This document shows, one piece after another, positions 1 through 13,687 of a stretch of DNA of 64,000 nt. The DNA comes from the human T2T-CHM13v2.0 reference genome, Homo sapiens. The notes under the pieces were generated by a model. That model searched no databases and was not told the origin of the DNA. It saw nothing but the letters and a program-made list of their open reading frames with translations. The translations under genes were made by a program, and so were the position numbers. Location of the stretch: NCBI RefSeq assembly GCF_009914755.1, contig NC_060930.1; one strand, 5' to 3'. Numbering within the stretch: position 1 is the stretch's first letter; the number at the start of each line of letters is the position of its first letter.

Positions 1-250
1 AAAAGGCAGAGACTGTCAGATTGAACAAAAATGCTAAAACCAGCTATATGCAGTCTATGAAAAAAACCTTTTTAAGGCAGTTCACTTTCAACAATTTCTT
101 AGCAGCTCAGTTTATAACACAGGCAAACCCACTCTATTCAAAGCTCTGAGACAATATGATTTTCCTTTTAATTATTTTTCTTATTAATGTCTTTATTAAA
201 AGCTATATTATCTTTTCAAATATTATAAATTTAAGAACCAATGAAATTAC

Positions 251-318
251 CTGCCAGTTCTTCATGTTTCGATTCATTCTCATGTTCGTCATCAGTTAGT
301 TCTGCGTTGGCTTGATTA
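251..318 (-). CDS. CEP162: CEP162 exon 6 (68 nt): S-NQANAELTDDEHENESKHEELA-; gene continues beyond the left edge
   Basis: Acceptor ttttttccag|T; donor GCAG|GTAATT; phase 2 to 1; open acidic frame continuing exon 5. Not in the ORF track. Confidence 0.92.
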
Positions 319-1020
319 CTGGAAAAAATATTTATTTAATTTAGCATTACATGTTAAAAACATATTCTCATGCAACTCTTTCTGTATACCGTTTTAAAAA
401 ATCCCTAAAATTATACATGTCCTCTCTCAAGTCCTTTTGTTCTATCAAAAGCTAAAAATTTGGGAACTTTAAGGAAAACGTTTTGAAAATAAAGCATCTT
501 CGAAGCATTTGATTAATTGCAGTTTAAAAGTAATACAAAGGAAAAAGATGCCCTATTTCTTAAATATACACAATTTTATTACTATGTGCATTTACATGTA
601 CAAATATTATCTTACAACCCTAGATATCCCTTCTACACTAAAGATTAGAAACTGACCACAAGCTATGAGAACCAGTGAAGTCCATATGAAAGCCAGAAAA
701 AAAATGCTAAGGTCAGCACTTACATGCTAATAAGCAATTTAATCCTGAAACAGAAGCTGAATAGGAGCCTTAAAACAAAACCTAAGCAAGGGGACAAAGG
801 AGCTTGAGTATGATTTAATTATATTGGATGTATTAGTTCATATACTGCTTTCTCTCAAACCAAGAATCAGTTCTACCTTTTCAGTCTATCAACCCTATTT
901 AGTGAGATCGTTAGAGAAACTATAAGACTATATAATAATGATGAGAGCTACAAACACCTAATATTGCATGTTCAATGCTATTCTGTACTTTGACCGGCCT
1001 GTTCTACAGCAGAAATATCA

Positions 1021-1850
<830 letters not shown>

Positions 1851-2575
1851 AAATGCATTTCTTTATCCACTGTCTATAAAAAACTAACCATCCTGCAGAG
1901 CCTAGGCACTCTAATAATCAGAGATTATGATTCTCCTGACCCTTAATTATACCTTTGTGATCTCAAAATCCTAAATAAAATTATGATCTTCTTTCCATTC
2001 ATAATTTTAAGAATTACATGGATAACTAAATAAGGGCATTAAAGACCTCAGGTTTCAAAGGTCTTGAGAATGGCAATGGTCTAGTGTAATAAAGAGAGGA
2101 CCAGTTCAGTGAACTAGTGGGATTTCTAGAATAAATGAGGTTTCCCGATAACCATCAGGGCCAACCATACAGAGGTTAAGACACAGATCAAACTTGTCTT
2201 TGCTCCTTGGTTCCCACTTCCCTTTCTGTTATTTTTTTTCCTGAGTTTATAATGGTAACCTGGACTCTCTTTATTTGTCTGTGGAAAATGAATTAATAAA
2301 TGACTTTCCTAGTAAGGACTTCTTGGCAATGTACTATTAGTCTCAATAGCATGAAATTTCAGATTGTGGAGGCAGCATGGGCTCTCAAATACCAAGAAAC
2401 ATATTCTACTCACACATAAGAAAAACCCTAACTATAAAATGAACAGATAATAGATTTAAAAAATAAGATTTAAGTTTGCCTGTTATAATGTTTACCTATT
2501 TAAAATCACACATATATCAGCCTTCCAAAAACATAGAAATCATAAAAATCATTAATAGTTTACACTGTACTTTAC

Positions 2576-2759
2576 CTATGTAAAGCTTTAAAATGTGTAG
2601 AGTCATTAGAATCCAATTCCTTATTTAATCTCGAATAATCAATGGAAGATGTCAAGCCTTTCTCAAGCCTGGCAAAAAATTGTTCTTTCTCCTCTTGTTC
2701 TTCTAATGTGTCCAATCCCACTCCGAGACTACTATGGTTGAGCTCAGAAACTACTAGTT
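2576..2759 (-). CDS. CEP162: CEP162 exon 5 (184 nt): E-LVVSELNHSSLGVGLDTLEEQEEKEQFFARLEKGLTSSIDYSRLNKELDSNDSTHFKALH-S
   Basis: Acceptor ttccatttag|AA; donor CATAG|GTAAAG; phase 1 to 2. Confidence 0.95.
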
Positions 2760-3069
2760 CTAAATGGAAAGCACAAATATATTTTAGTAATATACAGAAT
2801 TTTGAAAACATTGATTTGAATGATGCATTTATTGACATTATGTAGTAAATTTTAAAAATTTTACAAATATTTACTCTCACTCACCAAATATGAATTCATA
2901 TTAATAATACGTAAGGTTTAAAGCTTCTCTAGAATAATTCTAAACCTCTAGGAAGATATTAAATCTGTCTACATGCTTCAGTAAAGGAGGCTTCAAGATA
3001 ATTTTTGTAATTCTGAATATAAGCATAACAATTAATAATTTACCAACTCATATCCCTTGCATTTCTTAC

Positions 3070-3216
3070 CATTTGTTTCTAAGCTATCAGTACTTAAGAG
3101 AGAGGTTCCACTGCTCTTAAGAAATTGAATCTTTTCAGCAGACTCCTCTTCTATTTCCATAACAGGCTGAGAAGTCTTCTTTGTTTTCAAATAGCTCACA
3201 TTTGTTCCAAGAAGTC
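3070..3216 (-). CDS. CEP162: CEP162 exon 4 (147 nt): G-LLGTNVSYLKTKKTSQPVMEIEEESAEKIQFLKSSGTSLLSTDSLETN-E
   Basis: Acceptor cctag|GA; donor AATG|GTAAGA; phase 1 to 1; in frame with both neighbouring exons. Confidence 0.95.
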
Positions 3217-4309
3217 CTAGGTACACAATTTAATACAGATGAAGATTTATGTTCAAAGAATTGTTTTGGCCACTATGACAACACAATAATAATGTTATGC
3301 TAATTTTGTGCACAGTAGCTATAAAATAAATCTGCTCTATTAAATAAAAATCCATCAGACCTAACACTCACAAAAGAAAGATTATAATTCTATTTGGTGG
3401 CACTGTATCATATTAAATAGAATACTTCAAAGAGTTGCACCATGAGACAAAATTTTTTAAAATTACTTTGAAGTAATTACAAGTACTTAATACAGTATAC
3501 CATGACACTTCAAAGAGTATCTTCTGCCTTATTCCCTCTGTTCTTTACATTTCTCAGAGAGTTTTTGGTGCTGAACTCTTAACACTATTGGAAATAGACT
3601 GTGGGTGGCATGAATTACTATAACAAAATACAAGGTGGCAAAGTAGGTACAATTAAAAACCTACTAGGTTAGACAGAAGCCTTCGTTAGTGTAAATATCA
3701 TTTCAAAAAATAGATGGAAATAGTAAAAGCTCTTTCAAAGTCATTATTTCTAAAACAATGGAATCAGTGGCTCACTGCAGGAGAGGTTCTCATGCCAGGT
3801 TATGTGCATACTGTTGGGGACGGGAGGGTATTATAGTCTCTCACAGCATTCAGGAATTTGAAATTTTCTCTAAGGCTAATATATATTAAGCATATTAAAA
3901 GTTTTTTATGACTGATTAGATATTTGATGATACTAAGAAATTATTATAGATATTTCTTAGACATTATTATGGTTATATTTTAAAAAGAGAGTATTTATTT
4001 TAAGAGATACTTTGAAATATATGTGGAGAGAATTGATATGCTGTTGGAGATTTGTTTCAGTATAATCCTGAGTGTCAGAAAGTGGAGAACAAGAGAGAAT
4101 ATTGATGAAAAATGATTGACCATGAGTTAATAACAACTGTTGCAGCTAGGCAATGGGTACATGGGAGTATGTGGTACTTATGTATATGTTTGAATTTTTT
4201 TATAATAAAAAGTTTCAAAAATGTTCTATGAATCCTGGGTAAAAAAGTATAACTTATGTTTATGTAGCAAAGGTTCTGAGTATTACTTATTTTATTCAAA
4301 TTTTTTGAC

Positions 4310-5060
4310 AAACTATGTACCTAGAACATTGTTAGTGCCAGCTATACAATGAAGTCCTTTACCATCACGAAGGTTAAAATCTAACAGGAGGAGACAATCA
4401 ACAGCAAATATTTATGGGTGCCTACTACACACCAGGCATTGTTCTAAATGCTGGGGCTTTATCAGTGAATAAAAAAAAACAAAAATCCCTGCTTATTCAT
4501 GTGATTTGAGGCAGGCAATAAGTAAAATAAGTAAGCACATTGCAATTAAATAGTACATTAGAAAACAGTTAAGTGCCAAGATGAAAAATAAAACAAGAAA
4601 GAGGAACAGAGAATGCAGGAATGGAGGGTACTACAACTTTAAATAGGATGGTCAGGAAGGCTTTCACTGAGAAGTTAACACGTGAGCTATGGCTTGGTGG
4701 GGGTGAGGGACCAATCCACATGAATACATGGGGGAAGAGTGTTTAAGGAGGAGGAAAGCAGTGTACAGCCTCTAAGCCAGGAAAATGCCCAGGCATGTGT
4801 GAATAGAAAGGAGGCCAGTGTAGTGATACGGGCATAAGCAAGAGAAAGGTAGTCTAAGTTGGGAGGCCAAAAACGTCAGGGTGCAGGACTGGCATGGGTG
4901 GTAGCTTAAAGGTCATTAGCTTTTATAACAAGTGAAATGAGAAGCTATTAGAGGGAAGAGGTGGCTATGATGTGGCAGGCAAGATTTTTTGGTGTAAACA
5001 AGTTTAAGGAACTCGGAAGTCAGGTTATTAGAGGCATTAGCTATGTAGTTAATGTAGTCA
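4310..5060 (+). mobile_element. L2 LINE fragments
   Basis: L2-type text (caaatatttatgggtgcctactacacaccaggcattgttctaaatgctgggg; ggatggtcaggaaggctttcactgagaag). Boundaries and consensus strand approximate. Confidence 0.6.
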
Positions 5061-7637
5061 CCAATAATTAGACAAGAGAATTGGAGACTCACAGTGAAAC
5101 AGCAGCTAAAATCTTTGAGGAATGAGGAGGAATAACCCGGAGTTCAGTAGATAACTGCAACAAAGAGACACAGTAGATAGGTGGTCTGATAGCAAGGTTC
5201 ATAAGGAGATTGGAAGAACGGTCTAGAAACAGCAATGAACAATAACCTACTCCTTTTCCAAGTCTAATGGAACAAGAGACGTGGCAAAGAAAACAGTAAC
5301 CATTGGAGGTTACCAGAGAAGCAGCAGTATTCACAGAGCAAAGTTAAATGTGAATTACAACTCTGCTTTGAAGGAATTATATAAGATTAATTGGGGGGGT
5401 ATACCAAGACAGGAAAATCCAAGAATATTTCCATGAGGAAGTAACATTTCTGCTAAGATGTGAAGAAAGACCAGGAAATAATTAGGTGAACTAGGCCAGG
5501 GAGACCAGAACAGGCAGGGGACACAGTAGGTACAGAAGCATGACAATGGGAGGGGCAGGCCACATTTGCAGATGCAAAAAGGCCAGTGAGGCTGGACCCA
5601 GATGGTGAGCGTAAGCCTAAGAGGAAATAAGCCCAGAGCAGGAAGTCAATGGTTGGACCGTGCTCGTCCTCATAGGCCAGCAGAGGGTCTTGCTCTGTAT
5701 TCCAAGAGCACTAGAAAAAACTGGTAAAGCTATACAGTATCAAAATTTCCTTATTTTAATAGTATATGTTTGTTGTAAAAAACTGATATATGGAAAAGGT
5801 AAATAATTATGAGTAATGTTTTATTTTTGTTTTTTGCTTTTTAATATTCTTTTGTTCTTTGTTTTCTTCAAAAACCAGAAGACTGAAAATGTGTGCTATA
5901 AATATGAAGATTAGAAAAAATATCACTTTTGGTAGGAGGAAGCCTTATTAAGAAGTCACGAATTTTGACTTCAAGTTCCTAATTTGTGTCCTCTTGGAAA
6001 AGGCTAAGAATCAATTTATTTTATGCCTTTCTGTGAATAATGGTTTTACTGGATCAAATAATAACCTCCATAAGTTGTAAAAAATCAAGAGAGAGATTCA
6101 TAGATGCTTCAAATGAAAAAGTATATGCCAAGGTTGGTGTGCTGTAGTGGCAACATGTCCAGGGTCTCACCCTGGCTCTAAAGCACGACTTGAGGTTGTA
6201 GCTCACACTAACCAAGTTCACAAGAGATTAATATAACAGAAACGAAGATCCAGTTTAGTTATTTACAATAAAGAATACAATCAGCAAGAGGATGAGATAG
6301 TTTCACCTTCTAAGCCGAACATTTTATTCCTATGGCAACTGGGAAACAAGCAAAATTATAATGTAAAAGCCGCTCACTGTTAATGTTTAATGGTACCTGT
6401 CTTAAGATTAATAATGCATTCCTCTTCTCAAGAGGAGTGTTGAATTCTCCCTCAGAAGGTTCTACACTCTTGATACAGGAATCACGTCTTGCCTTTTCAT
6501 AATAATGCCTAGTATTTAGAACATAATACAAACTCAGTAACCGTTTGCTTGAATCAGGGACCAGGTTATTCCCGTGGGCAGGGAAACCTCCCGCTGTTTA
6601 AGCTGACATTGTCAAAGTTTGCTTCTTGACTATCCTTCTTTACTTCTTTTACTAATCAAATCTATTTCTGATACATTTAAAAAAATTATTAATACCATCA
6701 ATCAGGTTACATGTGAGTATTTTTGGTCTAGGAGCTATTCTTTTCCTGTAGGATTAGGTTGTATATATCTGCTCTGATTCATTATCTTCTAGACAAAAGG
6801 CTTTGTGTCCCAAATCTTTGTCAACAATTCCAACAGTACTTCATCTTATAATATCCTTTTCAAGCATTAAAAGCAGGGAGAGAGTCTAAAACATAATTCT
6901 TCACTACAAAGTTCAGCATGTTGCATAAGAATTTATAAAAAATGCACTGAATTTTTCAATAAGGAATTTCTTTAAATTACAGTATTAAAAAGAACAGAGA
7001 AGTAACTGTCAAATCTACTTTAACATGCATTTATTAAACAAATTTATCATTTAATGTTGAGGGTCAGGGGATACAAGGACAAAGAAGTGTTTCCTACCCT
7101 CGCAAAGCTCCCAACCGCAGGAGTTGTCCTATAGGTTACAACTATCAACACAATGTGTAAGTGTTACTATGGTGTTCTGACATCAAAATGAAGGAGAAAC
7201 TAATTGTGACAAGAGAGCTAGAAGATAGAGTGAAGGACTGCAAAAAGTGGTGATGCTAGGCTTTATTGGGCAAGAAGGATGAGAGGAAAGGCATTCTAAT
7301 GGCAAGGAAGCATGAGATAATGCACAGAGGCAGGGAGGCCTATGGTGTTTCCAGGAGATGAGGAATGATTACCTATGGCTACAGTACACGAGAAGGCAGG
7401 GTTCCAGTCAGATCATGCAGAGTCTTAATTATGACATGAATTCAGGCTCAATTTTCATGGGGAGGGGGGGAAACCAAAAGCCCATATGTATATTTTTTCC
7501 CTAGAGATACAGAAATTCTATCATTTTACAAAATTGTGCTTAACACTGATCCACAAATGGTGTGAATGTAGGTACTGAAATAGAAGCAGTCGGGGTTGTT
7601 TACAGATGTGGCAGTATCATGTATAGTAAACCTATCA

Positions 7638-7898
7638 GGCCAGGAGTGGTGGCTTAGGCTTGTAATCTCTGCGTTTTGGGAGGCCAAGGTGGGAGGACTG
7701 CTTGAGGCAAGTTCGAGATCAGCCTGGCAACACAGTGAGAGACCCTATCTCTACAAGAAATAAAAAAAATTAGCCAGGCATGTTGGCATGTACCTGTAGT
7801 CCCAGCTACTCAGAAAGCCGAGGTGGGAAGATTGCTTGAGTCCAGGAGTTTGAAGTTACAATGAGCTATGATTGTGTTACTGCCCTTCAGCCTGGGCA
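7638..7898 (+). mobile_element. AluJ-like SINE followed by a TA-rich tract
   Basis: Diverged dimeric Alu with J-type ggaggactgcttgagg / gagctatgattg. Confidence 0.85.
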
Positions 7899-8350
7899 TA
7901 TCATATACATATATATGAGAGACATATATACATATGGCAGTAAATTTTTTTTTACTACTGTCATTAACAAACTGTGATACCAAGGTCTATAGGTTTGTTA
8001 AACTCTTCCCAATGCAATGACATTAATATACTGCCAGAATATCTTATTAAATCACCTTAAATCAATTTATCATTAAACATGATAATAAATATACCTGAAT
8101 TGTCACCTTAATTTGAGTAAATATAAATTATCTCCATGTAAAATAAGCTGATAATGTTATAACGCAGATTCTCAATTACATAATAAATACATAATAAAGT
8201 ACTGGTTATATGAAAATCAATTCAAACTTCAAAAATCCACACTATTAGTATTATTTTCTGTATATATTTATAGTGAAGTAACAAAATCCAGAAGTCTTGA
8301 CTGACCCCTTGTGGTCAAATAATTTGAAACTAAAAATCAGCAACATTTAC

Positions 8351-8465
8351 CATCATCTTTAAAATCATCTTCAGTTATCCACCAAGGCACTGTATCTTTC
8401 TTCTTCATCTCTTTTTTAGATTGTCTAGCTGTTTTGTCTGAATTTTCAAAAGAATCATCTGAAAG
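8351..8465 (-). CDS. CEP162: CEP162 exon 3 (115 nt): LSDDSFENSDKTARQSKKEMKKKDTVPWWITEDDFKDD-G
   Basis: Acceptor ttcag|CTT; donor GATG|GTAAAT; phase 0 to 1; matches the core of ORF 8337..8558. Confidence 0.95.
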
Positions 8466-10051
8466 CTGAATTAGATATAAGACATTCAATTTGAAAATAC
8501 AGTGTAAATTCAAGAATCTCAGATTCATCATTAAGCATGTTTCTATTAGTTCGCTCACAGTTCAGCTATCACATAGATAAATAACATTCTCATCAATAAC
8601 GTATAATTTCACAGCTACAAACATATTTGGCCAAAATAACTTAAAAATCAGACACACATCTCTGAGCATCAATTTCATAATTAAGTAAACCAGGAGAATA
8701 ACAACAAAGACGTAAAACTTGATCAAGAATTTTTTTCAGCAAAGAAAAAACGGGAGGATACAGTCCTGTCTTCTAGACATTCTCTAGGGTTTAAGAATAA
8801 ATAATGGCTGAACAAAATTGCATAGCACCACTCTAGAAACAGAATTTCAATATAAGGAAGAACTGAGTTTCAGGGTGTAAAGAGGAGGATGAAATTGACC
8901 AAGAAAAATCAGCATTTTTTTTCAGTGATTGATAAACACTTATTTGCTTTTTTCTACTCTTCCAATCCAATTTTTACTACAATCCTAAATCCCATGCTCT
9001 AACCTCAGTATCACCCCCCACCACCTTAGCCAATAACTTGGTCACCCTTTTCTCTGAGAAATAAAAACCTTCAAACACCACCCACCTCACTCCACTACTA
9101 AACTTACTTGTGAAGGCACTTCTTTCGTCTCTCAGACAACACAATTCTTTCCTCCACTCCAAGCAGAACTTCTCTAGGTTCTTCCTTCCTTGGTTATCCC
9201 ATTTGATATCTGTATCTTCACTCCCTTCTCTCTCTACTCCCCGCCCTTCCCTCTGATTATACACCTGCTCAGCACTGCATCTCCAGTGCCTAGCATAGTA
9301 CCAGGCACAATTGCGGAATGAAAAAATGAGCATTCTACTCAACTTTGAAAAAAAAAAAGTAGAACAAAACAAAAAAATTCCTTATCCCTACGTCCCTTTT
9401 ACTCTATCACATTTCCTTGATATACCAACTCCTTGAGTTCACTTAACCCCTTATAATCTGGTTCCCAACCAAAACAGCTCTCCTCCAGGCACCAAAGGCC
9501 TCCGAAATGCCACAAATAAAGTACCACTGTCAGTTATCCTCCCTGATCACATCATGGAATTTGCTACTGGTGATCAACTCTTAAACTCTTACTTCTTGAA
9601 ACTCTCTACCTTGACTTTAGTAGCATCACTTCCTCCGGGTTATTCTTCAGATCTGTGGCTACTCCCCTCCATCTATTTTAATAGCTTTGGCTTTTTGCCC
9701 ATTTATTTAACAGACTTTTCCAGGACTCTGCTCTTGATCCTTTTTCAATCTCATTCTACATTACTTTTTCTGGAAAAGAAACCAACATTTACTACATGCC
9801 TGCTCTATGTCAGGATCTACACTCAGGTTAACTCACTTAATCTTTAAACTACCCTGCAGAAATTTACTCATGGTGAAACTGAAGCTCTAAGAGGCTAAGC
9901 AACTTGCTTAAGTTGCTACTGTTAGTAAGTGTTACAAAGTCACATTTAAACCCATGTCTGACTAACTCCTGTCCACTTTCCACTATACTATGTAGTTCCC
10001 CAACTAGAATATTGTTATCTGAGTGACCTTTTAAACTTCTAAAATGACAGG

Positions 10052-10086
10052 GCGCACACGCGCGTGCACACACACACACACACACA
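10052..10086. repeat. Alternating purine-pyrimidine tract GCGCACACGCGCGTG(CA)n
   Basis: Seen directly; Z-DNA-compatible composition. Confidence 0.85.
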
Positions 10087-10512
10087 ATCTTCCACTTGCC
10101 AAACAAAAAACTCTACCTCAGTGACTTGAAGAATGTCAATTTAAAAATGTTCAAGAAGAACTTAACTGTCTTCACTAACAAACAGGTAGGAAGACAGGAG
10201 GAGGGAAGAAAAAATATTCCTTAAACCATCTGAATTTCTGAAATTAGTTAGCTGCATCACTTTTTACTTACTCTCTAAACTTCAGTATCACCTTGAGGTG
10301 TTCCATTTCTCTTTCCTCCCATTTTTTCAATTTATCTGTAACATAGGCATGGTACTACTGACCTTGTAGGGCCATGACAAAGAAGAAAAAAAGAAATGAA
10401 GACTTCTAATACATGATAAGTGTTCTTACTTTAAACAACCTTCCACAGTGCTTCCCAGCACTTTCATTAATTATTTTTAATGAATATGATTCATTAAAAA
10501 TAAAACAAAACA

Positions 10513-10848
<336 letters not shown>

Positions 10849-10859
10849 TAAAACAACAA

Positions 10860-11857
10860 AAAGGCTGATTCTCAGATACAACAGTTGTTGGCAAGGATAT
10901 GGAGAAACTGGAACTCTAGGCTGGGTGTGGTGGCTCACACCTGTAATCCCAGCACTTTGAGAGGCCGAGGCAGGCGGATCACTTGAGGTCAGGTGTTTCG
11001 GACCAGACTGGCCAACATGGTGAAACCCCATTTCTACTAAAAGCATAAAAATTAGCTGGGCGTGGTGGCAGGCGCCTGTAATCTCAGCAATTTAGGAGGC
11101 TGAGGCATAGGAATTGCTTAAGCCCAGAAGGCAGAGTTGCAGTCAGCCAAGATTGCACCACAGCACTCCAGCCTGGGCAACAGAGCAAGACTCAGTCTCA
11201 AGAAAAAAAAAAAAGAAATTGGAACTCTGATAAACTAATACACTACTAGTGGAAATGTAAAATAACACAGTCATTTTAGAAAATAGGCAAACACACAGCT
11301 ACCATATGATACAGCAATTTCACTCTTTGGCATATACACAAGAGGAACAAAAACACATCCACACAAAAACTTGTACATGATTGTTCATGGCAGCATTGTT
11401 TGTAACTGCCAAAAAGTGGAAAGAACCCAGATGTCCGTCAACTGACAGGTGGAAAAACAAAATGTGGTACATCTACACAATGAAATATTACTTATCCATA
11501 AAAAGAAATGAAGTGTTAATACATACTACGACATGGATGAACCTTGAAAACATCATGCTAAGTACAAGAAACCAGACCCAAAGGGCCCCATAATATATAA
11601 TACAATTTCTATGAAATGTCTGTAACAGGCAAACATTTAGAGACAGAAGTCAGCTTAGTAGTTGCCTAAGGCTAGGGAAGGGGGAACAAGGAGATGGAGT
11701 AACTGCTAACAGATATGGGATTTCTTTCTGGGGTGATAAAAATTCCTATAATTGATTGTGGTGATGGTTACATAACTCTGAAACCACAGAACTGCACATT
11801 TAAAATGGGTGAATTAAATGGTATGTGAATTATGTCTCAATAAAGCTATTTTTAAAA
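10860..11857 (+). mobile_element. Old L1M (L1MB/ME-type) ORF2 C-terminus and 3'UTR, interrupted by an Alu
   Basis: ORF 11381..11593 (MFMAALFVTAKKWKEPRCPS..MWYIYTMKYY) is L1 ORF2 C-terminal; ends ctcaataaagctatttttaaaaa. Confidence 0.85.
10919..11213 (+). mobile_element. AluS (Sx/Sz-like) inserted in an old L1
   Basis: Full dimer with approximate TSD AGAAACTGGAACTCTA (10903-10918) / AGAAATTGGAACTCTG (11214-11229). Confidence 0.92.
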
Positions 11858-12452
11858 AGCTGGTTACCACTACTGTCCTAAAAAATAAAGATATATAAAC
11901 TATGTCTTTGAATAAATTGTTTGAACAATAATTTATCAAAGTGAGAAAAGTTAGCATGACTCTAAAATCATGACTTTCACAGTAAAAAAAAAATGACACA
12001 TTGCAACTGAGGATGGATATAAGAGGAAGAGAGACACAGACAGAAGGGTGGGGGAAGGAGAGTGTTGGAGAATGTGTGTGCTGGAAGGGTGGTAAATGAG
12101 GGAAGAATAAAAACATCTTCTAAAAGGCCTGTTCTGCTATCTTTTACAATAAAAATCATTCCTATAAATTTAATTTTCAAAATGTGTCTGTATTTGAAAT
12201 TTTAAAAAATCAACTTTTCAAATGGTAAATGAAACTTATTCCAAGTGCCTATTACATCTTGACAATTGGTAGATGCTTTTTTAAATCCTTAAAACAATTC
12301 TACAAAGAAGGCATTATTTTTCCATGAGACGGATAATGAAGTTTTTTTGTACTACATTAAACTCCCTTTTTTAACAAGAATGTATAACGTATAATAGCTT
12401 AAAATGTGACTCTCTTGAATGCTCTACAAGGCCCCTCCATTTATATAAATAG

Positions 12453-12820
12453 AGTTTTATGCATCGCTTAATTATGGGGATATGTTCTGAGAAATGGGAT
12501 TTCATCATAGGAGCATCATAGAGTATATTTACACAAACCTAGATGGCTCCATGGTATAGCCTACTCCACACCTAGGCTATATGGTATAGCTTATTGCTCC
12601 TAGGTTACAAAGCTGTTCAGCATGTACTGTACTGAATCCTGCAGGCAACTGTAACACAATGGCAAGCATTTCTGTATCTAAACATAGAAAAGTAAACATA
12701 TGGTACAAAAGATTAAAAAGATACACCTTTATAGGGCAGCCCCATTATAATCTTACGGAACCATTGTTGTATATGTGGTCTGTTGCTGACCAAACCATCT
12801 TTATGAGGTGCATGACTGTA
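12453..12820 (+). mobile_element. Tigger3a/Golem-type (MER7) DNA transposon MITE
   Basis: Characteristic acacaaacctagatgg..tagcctactccacacctaggctatatggtatagc core; ends gcatgactgTA. Confidence 0.75.
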
Positions 12821-12829
12821 CACAGAACG

Positions 12830-13560
12830 TGGTATAACCATTTAATATACTCATTCAAATATTTATTAAGTATTTATTAGGTACTGTAGACATAGTAGTG
12901 AACATGTTGATATATAATAGCAATGAACGTAGAGTCATCACATTACAGACCATACATTCTTATAATGGGAAGCAGAAAACAGACCCATACAAGAAAAATA
13001 ATTAATGTGCTAAGTGCTATAAAAAGAATTAAATACATACCAGATTAAGAAGTGACTTTGTGTTTACCTTTTACTGGATAAACAGAAGAAGCCTCTCTGA
13101 AGTGGTGATATTTAAGTTAAGATTTTCACCAGCCAGGTAAAGAGTAAGGGAGGAGCATTATTGGCAGAGGGAACAGTGAGTGCAAAGCTCCTAAGGTGAA
13201 ATGAGCTTGCCATGTCTGGGAAAGAAAAAAGGCCACTGTGGAATAAATAAAGTGGGTGAAAGAGGGATATGAAGGCAGTGAGATATGTAAGAGTGAAATC
13301 ATGAAAGGCTTTAAAACCATGGTAAGGAGGAGTTGTTTGTTTTTTTTTTTCTACATGTGATGGGAGACCAATAGAGTCTTTTACTGGGGAGGAACAGAGT
13401 CTGACTGCAGTGTGGTGAAAGGAATGCTGGACCATGAGTTGGGAACTGCTGCCATAGCCCAGTTGAGATGATGGCACTGAACTAGCAGTGGCAGAAAAGG
13501 GACAGGGCTAGAGGGATGATGGGAATTCAGAGTTTGGTGATGGACTAACTGTATCTTCGA
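12830..13560 (+). mobile_element. L2 LINE fragment
   Basis: cattcaaatatttattaag..; ggcagagggaacagtgagtgcaaag; boundaries approximate. Confidence 0.6.
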
Positions 13561-13630
13561 GATGACAGAATTGAAGGATGAGTCTTTTGAGACAAATTTG
13601 ACAATATAGCTTTTAAAAATATAAACTTAC

Positions 13631-13687
13631 CTCTTTCATAAACTGTTCAAACTCTTCATCTAGCTCTTCTTGGGAACAGTTAGCCAT
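13631..13687 (-). CDS. CEP162: CEP162 first coding segment (in exon 2; whole exon ~13631-13746 including 59 nt of 5'UTR): MANCSQEELDEEFEQFMKE
   Basis: ATG at 13687-13685 in strong Kozak context (actATGG); 57 nt; donor GAG|GTAAGT; acceptor ttgtcatttag| at 13748-13747. Peptide recognised as the CEP162 N-terminus and splices in phase 0 to the next exon. Confidence 0.95.
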
